Assembly: GCA_963808245.1 (NCBI GenBank)
Contig: CAWEES010000002.1
Location: forward strand, 706,252 to 770,251
Length of the DNA: 64,000 bases
Reading direction: 5' to 3'
From: an uncultured Bacteroidota bacterium
Lineage (GTDB): Bacteria > Bacteroidota > Ignavibacteria > Kryptoniales > JAKASW01
Shown here: piece by piece, positions 19,433 to 29,039 of the stretch
Position numbering within the stretch: position 1 is the first letter of the stretch
How the letters are laid out: every line of letters starts with the position of its first letter
Notes under the pieces: generated by a model
Seen by the model: only the letters and a program-made list of their open reading frames with translations
Told to the model about the DNA's origin: nothing
Database searches by the model: none
Program-made: the position numbers and the translations under genes

Positions 19433-21847
19433 TCATTCCTTGTCCCACTTCCAGTTCCGGATTTCCGGCATATCTTCTCCATGCTTGTCTATGTACTGTT
19501 TATGCTCGACAAGCTTGTCCTGCACCATCTGCTTCAGATAAGCCCCCTTTGAACCCAGATGCGGCAGCCGATCGACTACATCCTGAACCAGATGAAAACG
19601 GTCCAGATCATTTTGCACCCTCATGTCAAAGGGAGTCGTTATCGTACCTTCCTCCTTGTAACCACGGACGTGGAGGTTGCGATTAGTTCTTCGATAGGTC
19701 AGGCGATGGACCAGCCACGGGTATCCATGGAAGCCAAAGATGATGTGCTTGTCTTTGGTAAAAAGCGAATCGAAATCCGCTTCGCTCAGCCCGTGCGGGT
19801 GCTCACTCGCAGACTGCAGCTTCATCAAATCAACGACATTGATCACCCGTATTTTCAAATCGGGCAGATGTTTTCGAAGTATGGAGACGGCAGCCAATAT
19901 TTCCAGTGTGGGTGTGTCCCCGCAACAGGCCATGACCACATCCGGTTCGGCGCCCTGGTCGTTGCTGGCCCATTGCCAGATGCCGATTCCTTCCGTGCAA
20001 TGCACGACCGCCGCATCCATGTTCAGCCATTGAGGCAGCGGGTGCTTTCCAGCAATTACAACGTTCACGTAGTGCTTGCTGCGCAAGCAGTGATCAACAA
20101 CCGACAGCAGGCAATTCGCGTCTGGCGGTAGATAAACGCGTACGATATCCGCCTTTTTGTTTATAACGTGGTCGATGAACCCGGGATCCTGGTGCGTGAA
20201 TCCGTTGTGATCCTGCTGCCAGACGTGTGAGGCGAGGAGATAGTTTAGCGACGCAATTTTCCGCCGCCATGGCAGTTCCGACGTTACCTTCAGCCACTTG
20301 GCGTGCTGGTTGAACATCGAGTCGACGATGTGAATAAACGCTTCGTAGCAGTTGAACAACCCGTGCCGTCCGGTGAGAAGATATCCTTCCAACCAACCCT
20401 CCGACTGGTGCTCGCTGAGCATCGAGTCGAGCACGCGTCCGTCGGGCGCGAGGAATTCGTCGTTCTTTGCCGTTCGTGCATCCCATTGACGATTGGTAGC
20501 TTCAAAGACCGCACCCAGAAGATTCGAGAGCGTCTCATCGGGTCCGAAGATACGGAAATTGCGCTGGTCCTGATTCAACTTTTCTACGTCACTCAGGAAC
20601 TTACCGAGCACGAGTGTATCCTGGCCGTTGACGGCGCCGGGCGAAGGCACATTCACTGCATGGTCGTGGAAGTCCGGCATTCTCAGGTCGTGCAGCAGAA
20701 CACCTCCGTTGGCATGCAGATTGGCTCCCATCCGACGGTCACCCTTAGGCGCCAGCTCTGCCAACTCCGGCATGAGTTTGCCGTTTTTATCGAACAGTTC
20801 TTCTGGCTTGTAACTCTTCATCCAGCTTTCGAGCTGCTTGAGATGATCAGGATGATCGGCATCCACAAGTATCGGGACCTGGTGCGCACGGAACGTGCCC
20901 TCAATCTGCAGACCATCGACAACTTTCGGTCCGGTCCAGCCCTTTGGTGACCTCAGGACGATCATCGGCCAGTGCGGCCGTGTTGTGTCGTTCTTGTTTC
21001 GTGCGTTCTTTTGGATTCGCCGGATGTCTTCGATCGCCTTTTCCAAAGTACCAGCCATGAGTTGATGCATCACTTCCGGCTCATCACCCTCCACAAAGTG
21101 GGGCGTCCATCCGCAGCCGCGAAAGAACTGTTCAAGCTCCTCATGCTCAATGCGTGCTAGGACGGTCGGGTTGCTGATCTTGTAGCCGTTGAGATGAAGA
21201 ATCGGCAACACCGCACCGTCCGTAATTGGATTGAGAAATTTGTTGGAGTGCCACGCCGTGGCCAGCGGACCCGTCTCCGCCTCGCCGTCACCAATGACAC
21301 AGGCGACCGTCAGACCCGGATTGTCGAACGCGGCACCAAAGGCATGACTCAGCGAATATCCCAGCTCGCCACCTTCGTGGATTGATCCCGGCGTCGTCGG
21401 CGCTACGTGACTGGAAATCCCGCCGGGAAATGAGAACTGCGTGAACAGCTTTTTCAGCCCGGCTTCATCCTGGGTCACGTTCGGATAAACTTCACTCCAG
21501 GTTCCTTCAAGGTAAACGTTTCCCACAATCGCGGGGCCCCCGTGACCGGGACCTGCGATGTAGAACATATCGAGATCATACTTCTTGATGACCCGGTTCA
21601 AATGCACATAGATAAAGTTCTGACCCGGCGTCGTGCCCCAGTGTCCGACCACCAAAGGCTTCACGTGAGAAAGTTTCAACGGCTCCTTCAGCAGCGGATT
21701 GTCATAGAGATAGATCTGGCCCACCGAGAGATAGTTCGCGGCACGCCAATATGCGTTCATCTTCTGTAACAGATCGGGTGACAACGGTTTGTCCACCTTC
21801 TCAGTTGCTACACCTGCGTTCTCATTGGTCTCATTTCTGACTTTCAT
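19433..21847 (-). CDS. xfp: Phosphoketolase (xylulose-5-P/fructose-6-P)
   Basis: 804 aa. [39 protein letters not shown] and a length typical of Xfp. Confidence 0.95.
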   Translation of the reverse strand: MKVRNETNENAGVATEKVDKPLSPDLLQKMNAYWRAANYLSVGQIYLYDNPLLKEPLKLSHVKPLVVGHWGTTPGQNFIYVHLNRVIKKYDLDMFYIAGPGHGGPAIVGNVYLEGTWSEVYPNVTQDEAGLKKLFTQFSFPGGISSHVAPTTPGSIHEGGELGYSLSHAFGAAFDNPGLTVACVIGDGEAETGPLATAWHSNKFLNPITDGAVLPILHLNGYKISNPTVLARIEHEELEQFFRGCGWTPHFVEGDEPEVMHQLMAGTLEKAIEDIRRIQKNARNKNDTTRPHWPMIVLRSPKGWTGPKVVDGLQIEGTFRAHQVPILVDADHPDHLKQLESWMKSYKPEELFDKNGKLMPELAELAPKGDRRMGANLHANGGVLLHDLRMPDFHDHAVNVPSPGAVNGQDTLVLGKFLSDVEKLNQDQRNFRIFGPDETLSNLLGAVFEATNRQWDARTAKNDEFLAPDGRVLDSMLSEHQSEGWLEGYLLTGRHGLFNCYEAFIHIVDSMFNQHAKWLKVTSELPWRRKIASLNYLLASHVWQQDHNGFTHQDPGFIDHVINKKADIVRVYLPPDANCLLSVVDHCLRSKHYVNVVIAGKHPLPQWLNMDAAVVHCTEGIGIWQWASNDQGAEPDVVMACCGDTPTLEILAAVSILRKHLPDLKIRVINVVDLMKLQSASEHPHGLSEADFDSLFTKDKHIIFGFHGYPWLVHRLTYRRTNRNLHVRGYKEEGTITTPFDMRVQNDLDRFHLVQDVVDRLPHLGSKGAYLKQMVQDKLVEHKQYIDKHGEDMPEIRNWKWDKE

Positions 21848-21878
21848 AACAACGTTCCTTTCAAATGCTCTTTCTGAC

Positions 21879-21894
21879 GTTCATGAACATGTTC
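21879..21894. promoter_or_regulatory. Overlapping 10-bp palindromes GTTCATGAAC / GAACATGTTC upstream of xfp
   Basis: GTTCATGAACATGTTC, 32-47 nt upstream of the xfp start codon. Both 10-mers are perfect palindromes. Confidence 0.3.
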
Positions 21895-22032
21895 TTTTTA
21901 AATTGCAAGAGTCAAGATATGGCAGACCATATCAATGATCATCCATTCATTATCTTTGTGAATGAATCAGACGCCAACAAGATTGGCCACCACGAATCGG
22001 CCTAACCATTTCTTCACATGCTAATGTCCGGT

Positions 22033-22803
22033 TCACCTGGAATGCTCCCTGTCAGCCGGCTCATTGATCCAGTATTCTAAGCGATTATAATGTCGATATA
22101 GGCTGGCCTCATAATCTCGAGTTAGCAAGAACTCTGATGTGTAACCAGGAAACTCCTTGATGGTCTCGCGGGAAACATTGACAAAGACTTTTGACTCGCT
22201 CCAATCAATGCGTTCAATCCAATCGGGTGAAACCAGTATCTTTTTCCCTGGCCACCAGTTCTGTGTATCAACGATCAGATAACGAATAGCCCACGTCTTA
22301 TCATCGATGATGAAATCCTCCACGTGCCCCACCTCACCGTCCGCGGCCTGGATGTGATAGCCGCTTACCTCGCGAGTGCTTCGTAAATTTCGATCCCAGG
22401 TTTTCTCACTTTCAGTGAACTCTTTCCATCTTTCACGGTCACGCACTGGATAAGGATAAGATCCCCAACTGTCAGGCCCGCCCCAATACATCGGCCATCC
22501 ATAATATCCGTAGTAAGATTCCTCGAATTGTTGCGATACAGGCTTGTCACTGTCCAGGGATGGACTGTCCTCAATTTGCTTTTTGACCAAATCAATTGAG
22601 ATGTACTGGTTCTCTCTGTTCACGGCAGCCAGCGCGTACGGAGAGATCAACACCTGCCTGCAAGTGAGCCAGTTTCCCGTATCGGCGACTAAATAGCGGA
22701 CCGTCCAGTGGTGGTCATCGAAATAGAATTCCTTGACGCTGCCGATTTCTCCGTCGAGGCCGTGCAATTTATAACCTTTCAGTGTTTTGGCTCTGTTCAG
22801 CAT
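22033..22803 (-). CDS. PRC-barrel domain protein (two PRC barrels)
   Basis: 256 aa. Two repeats of the pattern G..IG.V.DF..DD..W..RYL..DT..W, joined by an aromatic linker (YYGYYGWPMYWGGPDSWGSYPYP). Confidence 0.75.
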   Translation of the reverse strand: MLNRAKTLKGYKLHGLDGEIGSVKEFYFDDHHWTVRYLVADTGNWLTCRQVLISPYALAAVNRENQYISIDLVKKQIEDSPSLDSDKPVSQQFEESYYGYYGWPMYWGGPDSWGSYPYPVRDRERWKEFTESEKTWDRNLRSTREVSGYHIQAADGEVGHVEDFIIDDKTWAIRYLIVDTQNWWPGKKILVSPDWIERIDWSESKVFVNVSRETIKEFPGYTSEFLLTRDYEASLYRHYNRLEYWINEPADREHSR

Positions 22804-22822
22804 AACAGTGTTCCTTTTGTTC

Positions 22823-24022
22823 TTATTTTATTTTGCCAAGGTCAAGAGTGCGGTAAACCATCCTGGCTATCATTTGCTCTTCGTCTGTGTGTATGACGCG
22901 TACTATGACCCGGCTTGCCAAAGCCGAAATCACTCCATCATTCGTCGAGTTTCGTTTTTCATCGAGTTCAATTCCATCGAATCCTAACCCTTCACAAACA
23001 CGAGACCTAATCACCGGAGAGTTTTCACCAATACCGCCGGCAAAAACCAGCGTGTCTAATCCTCCAAGTACGGCGGCGAAAGCTCCTATCCACTTCTTCG
23101 TCTGATAACAAAATAATGCCACGGCTTCCGCCGCACGGATATCATCGGTTTCCTTCTCAAGCAGATCCCGCATATCGGAACTGGTTTCAGAAATGCCGAG
23201 GAGGCCGGATTCATGATTTATTAATTTATTGAACTCTTTGAGTGTTAGATTCTCCGACTTCATAATGTACCATGCAACACCCGGATCTAAATCGCCGGGC
23301 CGGGTGCCCATCGGCAGCCCTCCGGCAGGCGTGAAGCCCATACTGGTATCAATACTCTTGCCATCATGGACGGCAGCCAGACTCGCCCCGCTCCCGAGAT
23401 GAGCCAGTATCACCCGGCCTTGAGCTGTCATCGTGCCCGCTATGCGAGCGAGTTCTTCAATGAGGTAAGCATAGGATAGGCCGTGGAAGCCGTTTCGCTG
23501 GATCCCCATCGAGTCGAATCGACGTGGAATAGGGAGCAATTTAGCAACTTGCGGCATTGTGCAATGAAATGCCGAGTCGAAACATGCAACCTGGAGAAGC
23601 TGCGGATGACGTTGACGAAAAGCCTCTATCAATTCCACCTCAACAGGCATATGATCCGTATCGTAAGGGATGTTGATGTGAAGTTCATCCAGCAATTCAT
23701 TTGTGATGCGTTCGGGTTCAGTGTGTTTCATACCGAAAACTACCCGATGGCCGATCCCTTCGACTAAAGAAAAGTCAATCTGCTTTTCGAGCCAATCAAT
23801 CAGCGAACTTGATACCGACCTGGTATCAGGGGAATCAAGAAGGAGATTACCTTTCTGGTTTCCTGCTGGGTCGCTGAAAGTTAATTTCGTTCCGGGCAAA
23901 CCGATTCGGTCAACGCATCCATGAAGACTTTGTTCCAGTGGTTCGCAGGCCCCATACAAAGCAAACTTGATGCTCGATGATCCACCGTTAATCGACAGGA
24001 TGTGCGAGTCATCTGGTTTCAT
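22823..24022 (-). CDS. ackA: Acetate kinase
   Basis: The ORF-track ORF runs to 24298, but the homologous region begins at M93 (MKPDDSHILSINGGSSSIKFALY). The ATG at 24022 avoids a long overlap with the HAD gene. 399 aa. Confidence 0.88.
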   Translation of the reverse strand: MKPDDSHILSINGGSSSIKFALYGACEPLEQSLHGCVDRIGLPGTKLTFSDPAGNQKGNLLLDSPDTRSVSSSLIDWLEKQIDFSLVEGIGHRVVFGMKHTEPERITNELLDELHINIPYDTDHMPVEVELIEAFRQRHPQLLQVACFDSAFHCTMPQVAKLLPIPRRFDSMGIQRNGFHGLSYAYLIEELARIAGTMTAQGRVILAHLGSGASLAAVHDGKSIDTSMGFTPAGGLPMGTRPGDLDPGVAWYIMKSENLTLKEFNKLINHESGLLGISETSSDMRDLLEKETDDIRAAEAVALFCYQTKKWIGAFAAVLGGLDTLVFAGGIGENSPVIRSRVCEGLGFDGIELDEKRNSTNDGVISALASRVIVRVIHTDEEQMIARMVYRTLDLGKIK

Positions 24023-24668
24023 GGACAGCTCCTTCGTCGATCTGCAATCCCAATGAGGCAAGTTTCGCGTGCGTTGACGTATAATCAACGTGAAGAATAC
24101 TGCGAATCCCCAGACCTTCCGCGATCTCGACGAACATCGGAGTGTTTTCGATATAGACCACCTGCCGGGCTGAAACTTGGGCGACGTCCAGCGCAAGCCG
24201 AAAGATTTCCGCGTCGGGTTTGCGGATATGCACATAACATGAGGAAATGAAAAAGTCCACGAGGCCATCAAGCTTGAACCGGCGAATCCGATACTCATTG
24301 AACTCGCGCCCTTCGTTACTGACCACGATGATCTTCAATCCATATCGTGCCTTGAGCTGGCGGATCAATTCGATCATTTCGGGATATGACTTTGACTGGT
24401 CAAACATAAATTTTCGGAATTGAGCCGGGGTAAATGCCCGTTCCTCAAAAAACACCAGCCGCCTCAAAAATTCCTTAAGGGTAAGCTTATCCAACTCGTA
24501 CGTTTCGATAGCCTGTACGTGGCGTCTTTCCATTTCGTCAAAATCGACGCCGAACTTATTGCATGCCATTCTGGCGGCCTCATGACTCCACCCATCGGTT
24601 AGCAAGACGCCGCCTATATCCAGAAAAACTGTCGTAATTTGTTTTGATCGCTTCATCATGGATCTCAA
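24009..24668 (-). CDS. HAD-IA family hydrolase
   Basis: 219 aa. Motif I VFLDIGGVLLTDGW, with later VVSNEGRE and a C-terminal DD-equivalent region. Confidence 0.75.
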   Translation of the reverse strand: MRSMMKRSKQITTVFLDIGGVLLTDGWSHEAARMACNKFGVDFDEMERRHVQAIETYELDKLTLKEFLRRLVFFEERAFTPAQFRKFMFDQSKSYPEMIELIRQLKARYGLKIIVVSNEGREFNEYRIRRFKLDGLVDFFISSCYVHIRKPDAEIFRLALDVAQVSARQVVYIENTPMFVEIAEGLGIRSILHVDYTSTHAKLASLGLQIDEGAVHETR

Positions 24669-24686
24669 GTTTCAGTTGTAATTTAG

Positions 24687-25883
24687 TCATGTTCCCAATT
24701 CTTTAAGCATGCGCAGGAAAGTGACGACATCTTCCCGGCTTAACATGCCGATGACACGGTGATCCCGGGTAACCGGCAATTGGTTGACTCCATTGCGGTC
24801 CATCTTCTCAAGCGCAGCCCACAGTTCGGAATCAGGCTCGACGCGCTTCAGCTGGTCAAGGGGAAGCATCACCTCACCGGCTTTGGTCGTCCCCCACTCA
24901 CTTCGGGGCACTTCCTTAATCCGATGCAATGTCATCATGCCAACGGTGTTGTCTCCGCGGTTGACAAGGAAACAGCGCCGTCCGCTGCTGAGGACATGTT
25001 CATCTATCAACTTTTGCAGAGTCAGATCTTCCGGAATGGCAGGGTACTGGGTGCCCATGGCCTGCGAGACCGTGTAGCCCGCCATCAGACCCTGAGACAT
25101 CGCTCGCTGCACCTGACTGGAAGCTGCATTGTCGAGGAACCAGCCGATGAACGCAATCCATATTCCTTGACCAAAATTGCCGGTGAGCATCAGCCAGACG
25201 CCGAGGAAAATAAACCCAAAAGCAAAGAACCTGCCGACGTTTGCGGCGATGAGGGTTGCGCGGCGCATGTCTTTCGTTATCCCCCACAAGATAGACCGGA
25301 ACACGCCTCCTCCGTCGAGTGGGTAGCCGGGAATCAAGTTGAAGAGCACCAGGGCTAGGTTAATGTAGGCAAGGTACTTTGCCAATCCGAAGAGGGGCTC
25401 CATGCCGGTCACCAACGACTTTACCGCATAGAAAAGGACAGCCAGGGCCAAGCTCACAATCGGGCCCGCGATAGCAATAAGAAACTCGGCAATGGCGCTG
25501 GGCGGTTCCGCCCCAATCTGAGCTACACCCCCGAATAGGAAAAGCGTAATGCTCCGCACCGGAATCCTGTACCGCAGCGCAACTGCAGAATGCCCTAGTT
25601 CATGGAGAAGCACGCTCACAAAGAGCATGATGGTCGTCGCCGCGCCAACAGACCAGTACAGCGGCACCGTCCAATGCTTGAACTCGGCGGGATAGTAACT
25701 ATCCGCCAGCATCCAGGTGAGCAGCGCGAACACTACGAACCATGAGTAATCCAAACCTACCGGGATTCCCAGGATCCTGCCTACCGGGATGTTATGCCGC
25801 GTCAAGAACGTTCTCGCCTTCTGGCCGGACTGCCGTTGGGCAGTTTCTAATTTGAGTTGGTCGTACGTTTTCGTAGGCATCAC
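24687..25883 (-). CDS. Site-2 (M50) metalloprotease with tandem CBS domains
   Basis: 398 aa. HELGH zinc motif (LLHELGHSAVA). Multiple TM helices, LDGG motif (PGYPLDGG), and a C-terminal CBS pair. Confidence 0.85.
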   Translation of the reverse strand: MMPTKTYDQLKLETAQRQSGQKARTFLTRHNIPVGRILGIPVGLDYSWFVVFALLTWMLADSYYPAEFKHWTVPLYWSVGAATTIMLFVSVLLHELGHSAVALRYRIPVRSITLFLFGGVAQIGAEPPSAIAEFLIAIAGPIVSLALAVLFYAVKSLVTGMEPLFGLAKYLAYINLALVLFNLIPGYPLDGGGVFRSILWGITKDMRRATLIAANVGRFFAFGFIFLGVWLMLTGNFGQGIWIAFIGWFLDNAASSQVQRAMSQGLMAGYTVSQAMGTQYPAIPEDLTLQKLIDEHVLSSGRRCFLVNRGDNTVGMMTLHRIKEVPRSEWGTTKAGEVMLPLDQLKRVEPDSELWAALEKMDRNGVNQLPVTRDHRVIGMLSREDVVTFLRMLKELGT

Positions 25884-25922
25884 TGCCTTTCCCTTTCCGC
25901 TTGAGTCATGTTATTATTTAAT

Positions 25923-26861
25923 TTATTCTGGCTTTCGGGTTCGGCTTTCTTTCTTTTTATTTGCTTGCTCCTGGCCAATTCCCATGGTCAAGGCTGTTAG
26001 ACCCGCCATACCCCCGAGTTGCATGGTTTCTACAACGGTGCTGGGTACAATTACGATAGTCGCGTTCTCCTTCAGTCCCTCATAAAGCATGTTCATAGCT
26101 CTCAAGTGAAGGGCGACGGGATTGTTTGTATAGGTCTTTGCAGCTTCTTCAAACTTTTCGGCAACCTGTCGTTCTGAATCTCCAAGAATCACCCTGGCCT
26201 GACGTTCTCTTTCAGCCTGTGCCTGCATCGACATCGCGTCCTCCAGTGCCGGGGGAATAAGTACATCCTTGACTTCCACCGAAATGACATTGATGCCCCA
26301 CGGCTCGGTGCGTTCATCAATGATCTTCTGCAGCTCGCTGCTAATCTTATCCCTCCCTTCCAGCATGTCCGAAAGCATTGTCTTGCCGATGACATCACGT
26401 AAAGCCGTTTGGGATGCCCAATTTATAGCTGTTTGATAGTCGGCTACATCCAAAGCCGCCTTCTTGGGGTCTAAAACTTTCCAGAATAATACCGCATCTA
26501 CATCCACTGGAACTGTATCTTTTGTAAGGGTCTTTTCTGCCTTGAAACCGGTCGTGATGACGCGGGTGTCAATCCAGTAAACTATCTGGTCGATGATCGG
26601 GATAATAAAAAATAGTCCCGGTCCCTTAAGGCAGCGAAATTTCCCTAACCGCAATATTACCGCCTTGTCCCACTGATCTGCAACCTTAATTGCGAGAGAG
26701 ACAAGGAGGGCGATAACAAAGGCAATGATTCCGATCCATGTGCTTACGCTGTTGCCCGTGACACTGTACATGGCAAATGCTAATCCTAAACCAATGCCAA
26801 GGATTACAATAAAGACTAATACTGCAAATGAACTGGTCTTTCTCATTTCAATTTCCTCCAT
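25923..26861 (-). CDS. SPFH/band 7 (stomatin-like, slipin) protein
   Basis: 312 aa. N-terminal TM helices, then an SPFH core (VILRLGKF...GPGLFFIIPIIDQI...TKDTVPVDVDAVLFWKV). Confidence 0.88.
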   Translation of the reverse strand: MEEIEMRKTSSFAVLVFIVILGIGLGLAFAMYSVTGNSVSTWIGIIAFVIALLVSLAIKVADQWDKAVILRLGKFRCLKGPGLFFIIPIIDQIVYWIDTRVITTGFKAEKTLTKDTVPVDVDAVLFWKVLDPKKAALDVADYQTAINWASQTALRDVIGKTMLSDMLEGRDKISSELQKIIDERTEPWGINVISVEVKDVLIPPALEDAMSMQAQAERERQARVILGDSERQVAEKFEEAAKTYTNNPVALHLRAMNMLYEGLKENATIVIVPSTVVETMQLGGMAGLTALTMGIGQEQANKKKESRTRKPE

Positions 26862-26996
26862 AATTTTAGATAATTAAATTTGATTGCTGTGATTTATTTT
26901 TCTTGAACTCGCGCGCGAATTCGCTACTCGCTTTTTAATCAGCACTCATTAAGCACAATGAATCAATTCAATTTTGTTGGGCTAATGCTTAATTTG

Positions 26997-27215
26997 TTAA
27001 GTGTGCTTTTCCTTGAGGATTGTTCTCGCTTCCTCTTCGTCAATTTCAGCGACTAACAGTTTTACGCCTTCTGTGGTCTGTAATGATGGGAACGTTCCGC
27101 CCCCATCATCCTTAATAATGAATGCTTCAACGCCTTCCGACTCAAGGTGTCCTTTTGCAATTTCAGCGTCTATCTCATTTCTAAATTCGCCAACCACTAC
27201 TTGATCACGTTCCAT
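26997..27215 (-). CDS. DUF2007-like small protein (putative signal-transducing fold)
   Basis: 72 aa. Pattern EIDAEIAKGHLESEGVEAFI...LLVAEIDEEEARTIL. Confidence 0.55.
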   Translation of the reverse strand: MERDQVVVGEFRNEIDAEIAKGHLESEGVEAFIIKDDGGGTFPSLQTTEGVKLLVAEIDEEEARTILKEKHT

Positions 27216-27235
27216 TTACTAACCTCGTTCTTTTC

Positions 27236-27571
27236 TTAAATGCTTATACTCACTGACGCATTGGTTATATAATTCACGGTTTCCGTCAATTTCGGATGTG
27301 ATGGTTCAACACCTTTCACTGATGCCGACAAACCATCAGTTGCTAATTTTAAAAGTGTCGGATTCTTTTCCTGCCGCAGCGATTCATGCGTTGAGTGCTC
27401 GATAAATCCGGCGACACTCTCTACATGCTCTTCTTGAACCTCCGAGAGCTTATTTATTTCAGGCTTCAATGTCGACAGTAGATTCGGAAGCTGGGTCTTA
27501 TTTCATTCATCGAGAGATTTGTTTATTTCGATCATCCCTTCGATTTTTTCAATTGTGCTTTGTCCTATCAC
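27236..27571 (-). pseudogene. DUF4404-like gene interrupted by an in-frame TGA (or a shorter gene starting at 27469)
   Basis: GTG at 27571 follows a GGAGG by 4 nt. Twenty-two codons later an in-frame TGA lies at 27503-27505. The same frame continues through the track ORF 27236..27469, whose C-terminus HPKLTETVNYITNASVSISI resembles DUF4404 ends. Confidence 0.4.
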
Positions 27572-27641
27572 ATTACCTCCCGGATTTTACAATGATATAC
27601 TTTAACTAACTCTGCAATGTGTCCGCCGATACCCCTTCAAG

Positions 27642-28670
27642 TCAATTCGCGAGAATGACCTTCAACGCTTTTTCTTTTGCCGCGTTCCCAAAAGTATCGT
27701 ATGCTCTCATGATCTGATCGAGTGCAAACCGGTGGGTGATCAATTTCTGCGGCTGGAGCTTTCCTGATTGAACAACCTTCATCAGCATGGAGGTCGACAC
27801 GGCATCGACAAGTCGCGTTGTGATAGTAACATTCCTTGACCATAGTTTTTCCAGATGCAGCCCAACCATCTTGCCGTGCACCCCGACATTTGCAATATGT
27901 CCACCGGCCGCCACAATCGATTGGCAGATATCAAATGTATCGGGAATTCCAACGGCTTCAATGGCTACATCAACACCCTTCCCATTAGTAAGTTTCATTA
28001 TCTCGTTGGCTGCATTGCCATGAATGAGTTTCGTTGCGCCGAAAGTCTTTGCCACGTCAAGTCGATTTACATCATTATCAACCATGATGATTTCCGCAGG
28101 AGAATAAAATTGTGCCGTTAGCAGTATCGCAAGCCCAATGGGGCCCGCGCCAATGATGGCGAGTGTATCTCCTGGTTTGATCTGACCGTTGAGAACCCCG
28201 CATTCAAATCCTGTCGGCAGGATGTCACTTAACATCACAAACGCTTCCTCGTTGGCATCGTCAGGAACATGGTACAGGCTCGTGTCGGCATAAGGTATCC
28301 TGACATACTCTGCCTGCGTTCCATCGATAAGATGCCCGAGTATCCAACCGCCCTTCTCGCAATGAGAATACATTCCCCTCCTGCAAGCATCACACTTCGC
28401 GCAAGAGGTGATACATGAAATCAACACCCTGTCGCCGACTTTAAAATTTGATACAGCCGCCCCTGACTCAACAACGATACCGACTCCTTCGTGGCCTAGG
28501 GTGAGTCCATCGGGGACTTCGGGAACATCTCCTTTCATAATGTGAAGATCGGTTCCGCAAATTGTGGTCTTCGTTACCTTGATTATTGCATCCGTCGCAT
28601 CTTTTAGGTTAGGCTTTGACTTTTCTTCCCATGCGCGTTTGTCAGGTCCGTGATATACTAGTGCCTTCAT
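27642..28670 (-). CDS. Zinc-dependent alcohol dehydrogenase (MDR family)
   Basis: 342 aa. GHEGVGIV catalytic zinc motif, structural zinc Cys cluster (CITSCAKCDACRRGMYSHC), GAGPIG Rossmann motif. Confidence 0.9.
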   Translation of the reverse strand: MKALVYHGPDKRAWEEKSKPNLKDATDAIIKVTKTTICGTDLHIMKGDVPEVPDGLTLGHEGVGIVVESGAAVSNFKVGDRVLISCITSCAKCDACRRGMYSHCEKGGWILGHLIDGTQAEYVRIPYADTSLYHVPDDANEEAFVMLSDILPTGFECGVLNGQIKPGDTLAIIGAGPIGLAILLTAQFYSPAEIIMVDNDVNRLDVAKTFGATKLIHGNAANEIMKLTNGKGVDVAIEAVGIPDTFDICQSIVAAGGHIANVGVHGKMVGLHLEKLWSRNVTITTRLVDAVSTSMLMKVVQSGKLQPQKLITHRFALDQIMRAYDTFGNAAKEKALKVILAN

Positions 28671-28826
28671 GACTAATTTCTCGATTCTTCCTGTTACTTG
28701 TTGACAATTTCTATTTTAGTCTCGTCCGGTCCGGCGACCGAGATCCATTTGGGAAAATCCGTTCCAGCCCGCCGAATTCTATCCGAAATGTCGTAGTAGA
28801 AGTGTACATATGATCGTGTCATTAGA

Positions 28827-28865
28827 GAATGCCTCCAAAGGATGAAAAAGGAACTAATTCCTTTT
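28827..28865 (-). repeat. GGATGAAA hairpin module, copy E
   Basis: + strand GAATGCCTCCAAAGGATGAAAAAGGAACTAATTCCTTTT. Stem AAAGGA/TCCTTT. A TACACT (-10-like, minus strand) lies at 28801-28806. The module is 157 nt upstream of the ADH start. Confidence 0.6.
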
Positions 28866-29039
28866 GGGTAAGAAGTGAAAAGATTTGCAGATTCCAGAAA
28901 TTTGTTCAGACATTTTCAACGTCTCTAGAATAAAGATGGATCCCCCGCTAAATGCCAACCTATTGCTGCCAACCTGATCTCAAGTACTACATGTTCCTGC
29001 GCCTTACCTTATTCTGTTTCTAGGAAGTGTTCCTCTATT

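Noticed and set aside
24023-24298. N-terminal 92 codons of track ORF 22823..24298 as part of acetate kinase.
   Set aside because: Acetate kinase homology starts at MKPDDSHILSINGGSSSIKF (ATG at 24022). The upstream extension overlaps the HAD gene and looks non-coding (Arg/Ser/Trp-rich).
27503-27505. Genome-wide TGA reassignment or selenocysteine as the explanation for the in-frame TGA.
   Set aside because: TGA clearly terminates other well-supported genes in the window (e.g. those ending at 35-37 and 62084-62086). No SECIS-like structure is evident after the codon.
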